From NCBI GenBank assembly GCA_965223005.1, contig CBDCVK010000010.1, positions 448,001 through 512,000 of the forward strand: a DNA stretch of 64,000 nucleotides, in the 5' to 3' direction. A program made the translations under genes and the position numbers. This DNA is from Terriglobia bacterium (GTDB lineage Bacteria; Acidobacteriota; Terriglobia; JAJPHL01; JAPKYU01). Numbering within the stretch: position 1 is the stretch's first letter; every line of letters begins with the position of its first letter. This document shows, piece by piece, positions 53,277-64,000 of the stretch. The notes beneath the pieces were generated by a model that was not told where the DNA came from, did no database searches, and saw nothing but the letters and a program-made list of their open reading frames with translations.

Positions 53277-54769
53277 CAGCCCGTGTCTAAAATCGCCAGA
53301 TGGGGAAGAAACATGTTACTTCGGAAATGTTCTTACTTACAATCGGGCCATGGCCATGGGAACGCGCAAGCATCGTCAGCGACAAGAGCCGCTGTGGTAT
53401 CGGGCAGAGTTGGCCGAGGCGCCCGGACACCCGTTCTACCGGCGGCTGCACCAACTGTTGGAGGAAGCCGATTTTGATCGATTCTGCGAGAGTCGGTGCC
53501 GGCAGTTCTACCACGAGCGGCTGGGCCGACCGTCGTTGCCGCCGGGGATGTACTTCCGGTTGATGCTGATCGGCTTCTTCGAGGGGATCGACAGCGAGCG
53601 AGGCATCGCCTGGCGGGTGGCCGATTCCTTGAGTTTGCGGCAGTTTTTGCAGATTGGGCTGGATGAACAGACGCCGGATCATGTGACGATCTCGCGCACG
53701 CGGCGGCTGATGGACGAGCCGACGCACCAGGAAGTGTTTGGATGGGTGCTGCGGCTGGTGGCCGAACGGGGCCTGCTGAAGGGCAAGACGATCGGCATTG
53801 ACGCCACCACGCTGGAAGCCAACGCGGCCATGAGGTCGATCATGCGGCGGGACAGCGGGGAAAGCTATACGGAGTACCTGAAGCGGTTGGCGGAGGCCGA
53901 AGGGATCGAAGCCCAGGATGCAGCGGCGCTGCGGAGGATGGACCGCTGCCGACCGAAGAAGATGTCCAATGCGAAGTGGGTGAACCCACATGATCGGGAA
54001 GCGGAGATCACCCGGATGAAGGACGGGCGCACGGCACTGGCTTACAAGGCCGAGCATGCGGTGGACATGGAGACTGGGGCGATTGTGGCGCTGACGGCGC
54101 ACGGGGGAGCGACCGGCGACACGGAATCGGTTCAGCAGACCCTGCCGGCGGCCGGCGCGGCGGTGGGCGAGCAGATCGCGACACCCACGGCCGAAGGGGA
54201 GTTTGTGGTGAACGCAGACGGGGTGGAAGAGGTGGTGGCCGACAAGGGGTATCACAGTGGGGAAGTGCTGGCAGAGATGCAGGCGATGGAGGTGCGGACC
54301 TACATTGCGGAGCCGGAGCGGGGACGGCGGCAATGGACGGGCAAGGAAGAGCAGAAGGCGGCGGTCTACCGCAATCGGCGGCGGGTGACGGGGCAGCGAG
54401 GGAAGGCGCTGCTGCGGAAACGTGGGGAGATGCTGGAGCGTCCGTTTGCGCACATGTATGAGACGGGCAGGATGAGACGCTTGTATGTCCGTGGGAAGAT
54501 AAACGTGCAAAAGAAACTGTTGCTGCAGGCAGCAGCCTGCAACCTGGCGCTAGTTTTGCGCCAGCTGCTGGGGGCGGGAACCCCGCGAGGCCTGCAAGAC
54601 CGCATCACCGAGCTGTTTTTGCTCGTTTTCTGGATCACTGCCACAAGAATGGCCCACCCCGAATCCCCCACGCCCCTATCCTGGTGCAACGGTCAAATTC
54701 ACGGCTTTGCTCTTCACTTGCCCCGCCTGAAAAAGAGGCCGGCCCAAAGGCCGGTTTAGACACGGGCTG
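53277..54769 (+). mobile_element. IS1182/IS5-type insertion sequence (1493 bp), intact
   Basis: Perfect 15-bp IR CAGCCCGTGTCTAAA, TTAG target duplication (53273-53276 and 54770-54773). Confidence 0.93.
53350..54759 (+). CDS. DDE transposase (DUF772 plus DDE)
   Basis: GRPSLPP, PDHVTISR, IDATT, ADKGY, ERPFAH. Confidence 0.92.
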   Translation: MAMGTRKHRQRQEPLWYRAELAEAPGHPFYRRLHQLLEEADFDRFCESRCRQFYHERLGRPSLPPGMYFRLMLIGFFEGIDSERGIAWRVADSLSLRQFLQIGLDEQTPDHVTISRTRRLMDEPTHQEVFGWVLRLVAERGLLKGKTIGIDATTLEANAAMRSIMRRDSGESYTEYLKRLAEAEGIEAQDAAALRRMDRCRPKKMSNAKWVNPHDREAEITRMKDGRTALAYKAEHAVDMETGAIVALTAHGGATGDTESVQQTLPAAGAAVGEQIATPTAEGEFVVNADGVEEVVADKGYHSGEVLAEMQAMEVRTYIAEPERGRRQWTGKEEQKAAVYRNRRRVTGQRGKALLRKRGEMLERPFAHMYETGRMRRLYVRGKINVQKKLLLQAAACNLALVLRQLLGAGTPRGLQDRITELFLLVFWITATRMAHPESPTPLSWCNGQIHGFALHLPRLKKRPAQRPV

Positions 54770-55990
54770 TTAGCCGTCGACGAGCTGATCGACGTGGTGG
54801 GTAGGGCGGCGATTGAAGCGGTGCTGGAGTTGTCGGCCGCGCAGGTGGCCGGTCCACGCCGTCAGGGCCGGCGGCGCCGTGGGGTAGGCTGGTATGGGCG
54901 CCAGCGGGGACGGGTGCGCCTGAAGGAGAGAAAGCTGGCCGTGCACAGGCCACGGCTCCGGCGGCCAGGCCGGGGAGCGGGGAAAGAAGTTCCCCTCCCG
55001 GCCTACGAAGCCATGCAGGAGGGCGAGGGTCTGGGGGCCCGGATGTTGGATATCTTGCTGCGGGGCGTCTCGACCCGGCAGTACCAGCGGGTGTTGCCGG
55101 AGATGGCGGACACCGTGGGTGTGTCGCGCTCCACGGTCAGCCGGGAAACGATGGAGGCTGCCGCAGCCGAGTTAGAACGTCTGTTGAACCGCCGCTTCGA
55201 GGAAGTAGAGTTGCTGATCCTCTACATCGACGGGATGGTGTTTGGCGACCATCACGTGATTGCGGCTGTGGGCGTGGATGCGGAAGGGCACAAGCACGTG
55301 CTGGGGATTCAGGAGGGGGCTACGGAGAACGCCGCGGCCGTCCAGGACTTGCTGGAAGGTTTAGTGCGGCGAGGGGTGCAGCCGGCCCAGAAACGGCTGT
55401 TTGTGATCGACGGCTCGAAGGCCTTGCGGGCGGCGATCCGCGCCGTGTTCGGGGCCGAGCAGCCGGTGCAGCGCTGCCGCGCCCACAAGTTGCGCAACGT
55501 CCTGGACCGGTTGCCGGAGCCAGAGCGGGACCAGGTGCGGGCGGCGATGCGGGCCGCCTGGCGGTTGGATCCGAAGACCGGCAGGGCCAAGCTGGAGAAG
55601 TTGGCCCAATGGTTGGAGCGAGATTGTCCGGCCGCGGCGGCCAGCTTGCGGGAGGGTCTGGAGGAATGTTTCACCATCAACCGGCTGGGGCTTCCGGCTT
55701 CGCTGCATCGCTGTCTGGCCACCACCAATCTCATCGAGAGTCCGCAGGCGGGAGTGAGGTTGCGAACTCGCCGGGTGTGCCGCTGGCGGGATGCGGCCAT
55801 GGTCCAGCGCTGGGTCGCCTCCAGCTTCCTGGCCACGGAGAAAAACTTCCGCCGCCTGATGGGGTACCAGGACCTGTGGATGTTGAAAGCGATCCTCGAA
55901 GGATCAAAGTCGGCCACTCGACGGGAGGTGGCGTAGTATGATGGCTCCGAACCGCCGCTACGAACTTTCAACTGAGTTCAGGACACCCTC

Positions 55991-56146
55991 GTTGGCCTGG
56001 CTGGTCAACTTGGCCACTTGGCGGCGGTGCCGGCAGTCCTCCACGTCCAGCTCGTGCAATCCGTGCTGCTGCGCCAGCAAGTCCAGCGCTGTGTCGTCGG
56101 GGTCCGCAAGGTGAATCCAGGGGACGCCGGGAAACGGTTCCGCCAT
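55991..56146 (-). pseudogene. CorA-family Mg/Co transporter, N-terminal fragment truncated by IS256
   Basis: WIHLADPD...LAQQHGLHELDVEDCRHRRQVAK matches the CorA N-terminus (LHxLxxED...QxxK); ends at the IS256 right IR. Confidence 0.75.
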
Positions 56147-56189
56147 GGCTAGCTCTCAATCAATGGGATTTCCAACGCCCGTAGTCTAG

Positions 56190-57529
56190 CAGGATGCTGA
56201 AAAAGTCCCTGGGCGACCTCTTACGAACAAAATATAAATGAGTATAATTGTTCTCATTATGCGAGGACACGATCTGCACCAAGACGCGATGTTCAGCTAC
56301 CTGAGCCCCGAGCAACGGGTGCCCCAGGATCATCCGTTGCGGCCGATACGCCGCATGACCGACCAAGCACTGCAACGGCTTTCGCCGCGGTTCGAGCGGA
56401 TGTATGCTGACATCGGTCGCCCCTCGATCGCCCCGGAGAAGCTGCTGCGGGCCTTGCTGCTGCAGGTGCTCTACACCATCCGCAGCGAACGGATGCTGCT
56501 GGAGCAACTCGATTACAACCTCCTGTTCCGGTGGTTTGTGGGACTGAACATGGATGACGCGGTGTGGGTGCCGACGGTGTTCAGCAAGAACCGGGACCGG
56601 CTGCTGGAGGGGGCCGTCGCCGAGGCATTCTTTGACGAGGTGTTGCGCGAGGCGGGCGAGCAGGAGTTGCTGTCGGAGGAGCACTTCACGGTGGACGGGA
56701 CGCTGCTGGAGGCGTGGGCGAGCCAGAAGAGCTTTCAGAGGAAGGACGCGCCGGAGGGGCCGCCGCCGGAGGATCCGGGCAATCCCACGGTGGACTTCCA
56801 CAAAGAGAAGCGGACCAACGAAACGCACCAGTCGACGACAGACCCGGACGCTCGGCTGGCCCGGAAGGGCAAAGGCAAGGAGGCCAAGCTGAGCTACGTC
56901 GGGCACGTGCTGATGGAGAACCGCAACGGGCTGGTGGTGAATGTGCGGCTGACCCAGGCCACCGGCACCGCCGAGCGGGAAGCGGCCGTGGAGATGGTGG
57001 ACGACATTCCGGGCCCGAAGCAGGTGACGGTGGGTGCCGACAAGAACTACGACGCCGAAGCGATGGTGCAGCAGTTGCGGGAACGGAAGGCCACGCCGCA
57101 CGTGGCGCAGAACCAGGAACGGCGGCGCAGTGCCATCGACAGCCGGACCACACGGCACCCGGGTTACCAGATCAGCCAGAGAGCGCGGAAGAAGGTGGAA
57201 GAGAGTTTCGGATGGATGAAGACGGTCGGGTTGCTGCGGAAGCTGCGGCATCGGGGCCTGGAGCGCGTCGGCTGGATCTTCACCTTTACGGCTGCCGCCT
57301 TCAACCTGGTCCGGATTCGCAACTTGGTGATCGGGGCCGTCCCGCCGCGGGTAGTGGGCCCAGGGGCCGCCTGAGGAGGAGTGTGTCCAAAGGACGAAAA
57401 AGGGCTGGGAAAGGCAAAAGACAAGGCCCCAAAGGGCCAATAGCGAGGTTCACTACGAACCGAACGGCTCAAAGAAAATTCCCACAGGATAAACGCTACT
57501 GAATTTTTTGGCCCTTTTTCAGCACCCTG
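56190..57529 (+). mobile_element. IS5-family insertion sequence (1340 bp), intact
   Basis: IRs CAGGATGCTGAAAAA and TTTTTCAGCACCCTG, CTAG target duplication (56186-56189 and 57530-57533). Confidence 0.93.
56238..57374 (+). CDS. IS5-family transposase
   Basis: GRPSIAPEKLLRA, YNLLFRWFVGL, VDGTL, GADKNYD, RKKVEESFGWMK. Confidence 0.93.
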   Translation: MSIIVLIMRGHDLHQDAMFSYLSPEQRVPQDHPLRPIRRMTDQALQRLSPRFERMYADIGRPSIAPEKLLRALLLQVLYTIRSERMLLEQLDYNLLFRWFVGLNMDDAVWVPTVFSKNRDRLLEGAVAEAFFDEVLREAGEQELLSEEHFTVDGTLLEAWASQKSFQRKDAPEGPPPEDPGNPTVDFHKEKRTNETHQSTTDPDARLARKGKGKEAKLSYVGHVLMENRNGLVVNVRLTQATGTAEREAAVEMVDDIPGPKQVTVGADKNYDAEAMVQQLRERKATPHVAQNQERRRSAIDSRTTRHPGYQISQRARKKVEESFGWMKTVGLLRKLRHRGLERVGWIFTFTAAAFNLVRIRNLVIGAVPPRVVGPGAA

Positions 57530-57779
57530 CTAGTGCCGTTCCAACTTGATTTGCTAGTCACTTGGTTTGCGACAGCTAGCCAAAAAACAGCTGAAACAGC
57601 ACTGGTGCAAGCCCTTCCCCGCCGTCTGCCGCTGTTTGGCCCTCGTTCCAGGCCAGACACCCAGGGTGTCTTGTGGCGAGCCGCCCTCTGGCACAAAGCT
57701 CGATTTCCCCCGGCCGGGGTTTCCGTGCTAGATTATTGTCCTCGTTCGGACAAGAAATTCTGCTGGGAGAAGAGGTCTT

Positions 57780-58910
57780 ATGGCGGAAGCCGTTGCAAAA
57801 GCTGGTTTGGAAGGGGTGGTTGCCGCAGATTCCTCGATCTGCTACATCGATGGGGAGGCGGGCATCCTTAGCTACCGGGGCTTTAACATTCATACGCTGG
57901 CCGAAAATGCCACCTTCGAGGAAACAGCGTACCTGCTTTGGTTTGGGCGCCTGCCAAAGCCCGCCGAACTGGAGGAGCTGCAGCAAAAACTGGCCGCCGT
58001 ACGGAGCTTGCCGCCGGCGGTCATGGATTTCCTCCGCGCACTGCCGCCGAAAGCGGTCCCCATGCACATGCTACGCACCGCTGTCTCCGCGCTGGGCGTC
58101 TACGACCCGGACGCGGAAGACATGTCGGAGCAGGCCAATGTGGCCAAGGCCATCCGGCTCACGGCCCAGATGGGCACCGTAGTTGCGGCCTTCGCGCGCC
58201 TGCGCAACGGGGAGCAGCCAGTGGATCCTGACCCGGCGCTCTCCTACGCGGCGAATTTCCTTTACATGCTGAACGGGACTCGCCCGGCTGAAGTGTCGGC
58301 CAAGACGCTGGACATCGCCTTGATCTTGCATGCCGACCACGAGTTCAACGCCTCCACCTTTGCCGGGCGAGTGACAGCGGGTACGCTGGCCGACCTGCAT
58401 TCGGCGGTGACCTCAGCGCTGGGCGCGCTAAAGGGACCGCTGCATGGTGGAGCCAACCAGGCGGTGATGAAGATACTGGCGCCGCTCGGCAGCGCCGATG
58501 AGGCCGTGGCTCACGTGCGGGAGATGCTGGCCGCCAAGAAGAAGGTGCCCGGCTTCGGCCACCGCGTCTATCGAACCGAAGACCCGCGCGCCACGCACCT
58601 GCGCCGCATGTCGGAAGCTCTTGGGCGCGAGCACAACGATCCGAAGTGGTTCGAAATGTCGCGAGCCATCGAGCAGTTGGTGAACAGCGAAAAGCGGCTC
58701 AATGCCAACGTGGACTTTTACTCAGCTTCCACCTACCACGTGCTGGGTATCCCCATTGACCTGTTCACCCCGGTGTTCGCTATGAGCCGGATCACAGGCT
58801 GGACCGCGCATTTCCTGGAGCAGTATGCCAACAATCGGCTGATCCGTCCGCGCTCGGAGTACGTCGGCCCGCCCGTGGGGCAGCCCTGGGTTCCCATCGA
58901 GCAGCGGTAG
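57780..58910 (+). CDS. Citrate synthase (type I / 2-methylcitrate synthase-like)
   Basis: GLEGVV, HADHEFNASTF, GPLHGGAN, GFGHRVY, DPR, NVDFYS. Confidence 0.93.
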   Translation: MAEAVAKAGLEGVVAADSSICYIDGEAGILSYRGFNIHTLAENATFEETAYLLWFGRLPKPAELEELQQKLAAVRSLPPAVMDFLRALPPKAVPMHMLRTAVSALGVYDPDAEDMSEQANVAKAIRLTAQMGTVVAAFARLRNGEQPVDPDPALSYAANFLYMLNGTRPAEVSAKTLDIALILHADHEFNASTFAGRVTAGTLADLHSAVTSALGALKGPLHGGANQAVMKILAPLGSADEAVAHVREMLAAKKKVPGFGHRVYRTEDPRATHLRRMSEALGREHNDPKWFEMSRAIEQLVNSEKRLNANVDFYSASTYHVLGIPIDLFTPVFAMSRITGWTAHFLEQYANNRLIRPRSEYVGPPVGQPWVPIEQR

Positions 58911-58992
58911 GGCTGCAGGGGCCGAGGTTCAAAGCTCGAAGTCCAAGGCCCAGAGTCCAAAGGCCTAGAATCTAAGACTCGCTGGCGTCCCG

Positions 58993-59229
58993 CTACCGTC
59001 TCTTGGGTTGCGCCGACTGCCCGCTGCCTTCCATCTCCTCGACCCAGTTCAGGAAAGCCCGCAGGCGTCGTCGCTCCCGCCACAGGAACCGCCAAAATTT
59101 TCCGAACCCGATCCGCTCCGCCCTGCCGCCAGCGTAGGTTTCGATGCGCCAGCGCAGATAGGGACTGCGCCATGGCCGGAGCCGATGGCCGCGCGTGACA
59201 ACCCACAGGAACCGCAGGGCGGACCGCAT
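58993..59229 (-). CDS. Small Trp/Arg-rich hypothetical protein
   Basis: MRSALRFLW..RGHRLRPWRSPYLRWRIETYAG; co-oriented with the VWA genes. Confidence 0.6.
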   Translation of the reverse strand: MRSALRFLWVVTRGHRLRPWRSPYLRWRIETYAGGRAERIGFGKFWRFLWRERRRLRAFLNWVEEMEGSGQSAQPKRR

Positions 59230-59331
59230 CCCCGGGCATTGAACCACAAAGCCACAATGGAAGGTACATGGTTCGGGCCCGAGGAGTTACTTGCAAGAAA
59301 TGAGGACAGAGCCGGAAGAGACGGCGGGGAC

Positions 59332-60372
59332 TTATCCCCCAGGGCGGCGGGCGATCGCCGACTTGGACTCGGCCGTGGCGTAGTAACCTGTTCGGGTGCG
59401 CACGAAGAGCCTGCCCTTCCCCGGCGCATGGACCTTGACCTTCACGGAGCGATAGCGGCCGTCGGCGGCCGAGTTGGAAGGCTTGTAGGTCAGCAAGTAC
59501 TGGTTTCGAATGTCGTGCGCGATCTTGGCAGCAATTCCTTCCACCTCGTCGATGTTCGCCGGGAAGAAGGCGACGCCGCCGGTGGCTTCAGAGACAGCTT
59601 CGATGGATTTGCGCGCTCGTCGGGCCGCTCGGGCGTTATCGCCGCCCAAGAGGCCGACGCTGTAAATGACCACGTCGGTTTGCTGAACGTACTTGATGAG
59701 CCGCTCCAGAGTGAAGCGGCTGGCATTGTCCTCGCCGTCGGTGATCACCAGCAGCACTCTCTTGGTCCTCTGGCCGCGACCGGTCACATGGTCGAGCGAC
59801 ATCCGGATGGTGTCGTAGTAGGCGGTGCCCCCGCGGGAATCGATCTTCTCCAGTCCTTCCTTCAGCTCCTCCAAATTGGAGGTGAAGTCCTTGTCCAGGA
59901 AGGCCTCGTCGTTGAAGTTGACGATGAAGACCTCGTCATTGCGGTTGCTGGTGCGAACGAAGGTCAGTGCGGCGGCATTGACCCTGACCCGTTTGTCCCG
60001 CATGCTGCCGCTATTGTCCACCAGGATGCCCACCGAGACCGGGATGTCCTCCCGCTTGAAGTCTTTTATCTCCTGCCTGACGTTGTTTTCCAAGACCTTG
60101 AAGTGTTCCCGGCGCAGGTCGGTCACCAGGTGCTTCTGCCTATCCAGCACAGTCGCGTGCAGGACCACCAGCTTGGTTTCCACCGCAAACCGGGGAACGC
60201 CCTTCGGCCGGGCTCGGGATGGCTTGCTTTGCGGAACCGCTCGCGCCGCGCCCGACTTCCCGCGCTGTGGCGCGGCACGCTGCGCTGGCGTGCTGCCACA
60301 CCACAGTAGCGCCAGCGCCACGAGGACCAGCGGGACAGTCCGGCGGGCGGAATGGCTACTCTGTAGGAGCAT
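59332..60372 (-). CDS. VWA-domain protein (acidobacterial VWFA-related type)
   Basis: MIDAS DNSGS, GGTAYYD, ITDGED, TGG, IRNQYLLTYKP, R.R.GYY; signal peptide. Confidence 0.88.
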   Translation of the reverse strand: MLLQSSHSARRTVPLVLVALALLWCGSTPAQRAAPQRGKSGAARAVPQSKPSRARPKGVPRFAVETKLVVLHATVLDRQKHLVTDLRREHFKVLENNVRQEIKDFKREDIPVSVGILVDNSGSMRDKRVRVNAAALTFVRTSNRNDEVFIVNFNDEAFLDKDFTSNLEELKEGLEKIDSRGGTAYYDTIRMSLDHVTGRGQRTKRVLLVITDGEDNASRFTLERLIKYVQQTDVVIYSVGLLGGDNARAARRARKSIEAVSEATGGVAFFPANIDEVEGIAAKIAHDIRNQYLLTYKPSNSAADGRYRSVKVKVHAPGKGRLFVRTRTGYYATAESKSAIARRPGG

Positions 60373-61354
60373 AGTAACCCGTCTTGGCGTACACGTGCAG
60401 CGGGGGAAGGCCGCGCGGCGGATTCAGTTTCACCTTGATCTTCCGCCACTTGCCGTCCTTGTCCCTATTGGCGGAGACGTAACCGAGCACGTACTGGTTG
60501 CGCAGCTCCAAGCCGATCTTGGCGGCCACATCGGGCAGAGCATTCAGGTTGTTCACAGAGAACTGCCGGCCGCCGGTCGACTCGGCTAGACCCGTCAGCA
60601 GGCCGGGCCCGGCCATTTCTTCCGGCGTGCCACGCGCACTGTAAGGGTTGTAAATGCCGATGGCGTAGATCTGCACGTCGGCTTCCCGAACCAGCGACTT
60701 GATTTCGTTCTGGCTGTAGCGGCTGTTATTGTCTCCGCCATCGGAGATAATCAGCGTCGCCTTCTTCCGATGAACGCCATGGCGCATGTGGTTCAGCGCC
60801 ATGTAGATGGCGTCCAGCAACGCGGTCCGTCCCTTAGCCGCGGTAAAAACCAGCCGGTCCTGGATGTCCTCGATGCGGCGGGTGAAATCCGACACCAGCC
60901 GTGGCCGGTCGTTGAAGTCCACCAGGAAGAATTCATCCTGAGGGTTCGCCGACCTGAAAAATTCCAGCGCCGCCATGCGTGACTTGCGCATCTTGTTCGA
61001 CATGCTGCCGCTGGCATCGAACACCAGCCCCAACGAAATGGGCACGTCCTCACTGCTGAAATACAACACCTCCTGCTCCTGCTTGTCCTCAAACACTCGG
61101 AAGTGCTCTTTTTCCAGGCCGGTCACCAGCCGGTTGAGCGGGTCGGTGACCGTTACGGTCACCAGCACCACGTTGACGTCCACCTGAATGGGGCGCTGGC
61201 GCGTTTTCAGTGTCTTGCGGGACTGTCGGGTCTTGGAAGGCTGGGCGGGCGATTTGGCCAGATCGTCGGCCGACAGCAGCCAGCCCGCACAGGTGAGCGC
61301 GAACAGTAAGAGGGGAAGTGTGAAAAGCGCGCGCTGTAGCTTGCCCAATCTCAT
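60356..61354 (-). CDS. VWA-domain protein (acidobacterial VWFA-related type)
   Basis: MIDAS DASGS, GRTALLDA, ISDGGDN, TGG, LRNQYVLGY; signal peptide. Confidence 0.88.
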   Translation of the reverse strand: MRLGKLQRALFTLPLLLFALTCAGWLLSADDLAKSPAQPSKTRQSRKTLKTRQRPIQVDVNVVLVTVTVTDPLNRLVTGLEKEHFRVFEDKQEQEVLYFSSEDVPISLGLVFDASGSMSNKMRKSRMAALEFFRSANPQDEFFLVDFNDRPRLVSDFTRRIEDIQDRLVFTAAKGRTALLDAIYMALNHMRHGVHRKKATLIISDGGDNNSRYSQNEIKSLVREADVQIYAIGIYNPYSARGTPEEMAGPGLLTGLAESTGGRQFSVNNLNALPDVAAKIGLELRNQYVLGYVSANRDKDGKWRKIKVKLNPPRGLPPLHVYAKTGYYAPTE

Positions 61355-61500
61355 GACTTGCTTAGCGCCGGTGCGTGTTGTCTCCGGCCTCCCTGTAGAC
61401 CGCCTCTGACTTTATATTATCACGGCCATGCAAGCCTGTGCTAAACTAGCCGGTACTCACTTCCCAGGGCCGACTCCATTCTGATTCGGGTTGGAACCGA

Positions 61501-63970
<2,470 letters not shown>

Positions 63971-64000
63971 CCCGGGCATCGAGAATCCCACGCCGATGTC

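Larger units (their letters stand above)
53055..55990 (+). mobile_element. IS256-family element, interrupted by a nested IS
   Basis: ~40-bp imperfect IRs GAGAGTGTCTCACCTTTAGTTGAAAGTCGAGCGGCGGTTC and GAGGGTGTCCTGAACTCAGTTGAAAGTTCGTAGCGGCGGTTC (rc); transposase GTG 53150..53276 joins in frame to 54774..55936 (GVSTR, IDG, QRCRAHK, TTNLIES). Confidence 0.9.

Noticed and set aside
63996-64000. ATG at the window end, possibly kdsA
   Set aside because: Only 5 nt visible; cannot be supported

Overview
GC-rich bacterial chromosome segment, most consistent with Acidobacteriota (paired acidobacterial-type VWA proteins, tgt-yajC-secDF-tonB/exbBDD block, ACIII-caa3 operon); the taxon is inferred from gene content only. 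Most of it is core genome: ispH (partial), aroK, UbiD-family decarboxylase, ilvE, tgt-yajC-secD-secF, a TonB/ExbB/2xExbD/TPR module, rel, a GGDEF cyclase, thiC, moaA with a Moco-class riboswitch, rpmB, folP-cdaA-cdaR-glmM, alternative complex III (actA-G) with SCO and A2-type caa3 oxidase, citrate synthase, kdsB and pyrG. A disturbed region at about 50.7-57.5 kb holds a POTRA pseudogene, an orphan tRNA-Pro 3' half (att scar), an IS256 element interrupted by a second IS, a truncated corA and an intact IS5-like element. Best leads: (i) a NodF/NodE-like ACP-ketosynthase pair led by a leaderless 29-aa peptide, near a catalytically divergent NodU-like carbamoyltransferase; (ii) a ~140-175 nt rod-like RNA stacked directly on a P3-less (Tuco-type) Moco riboswitch; (iii) a dispersed 7-mer repeat family at gene boundaries; (iv) a SecDF-linked TonB-ExbB-ExbD-ExbD-TPR motor; (v) a frameshift-compensating duplication in actC. 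Several single-base frameshifts may be assembly errors. No database searches or folding programs were run.
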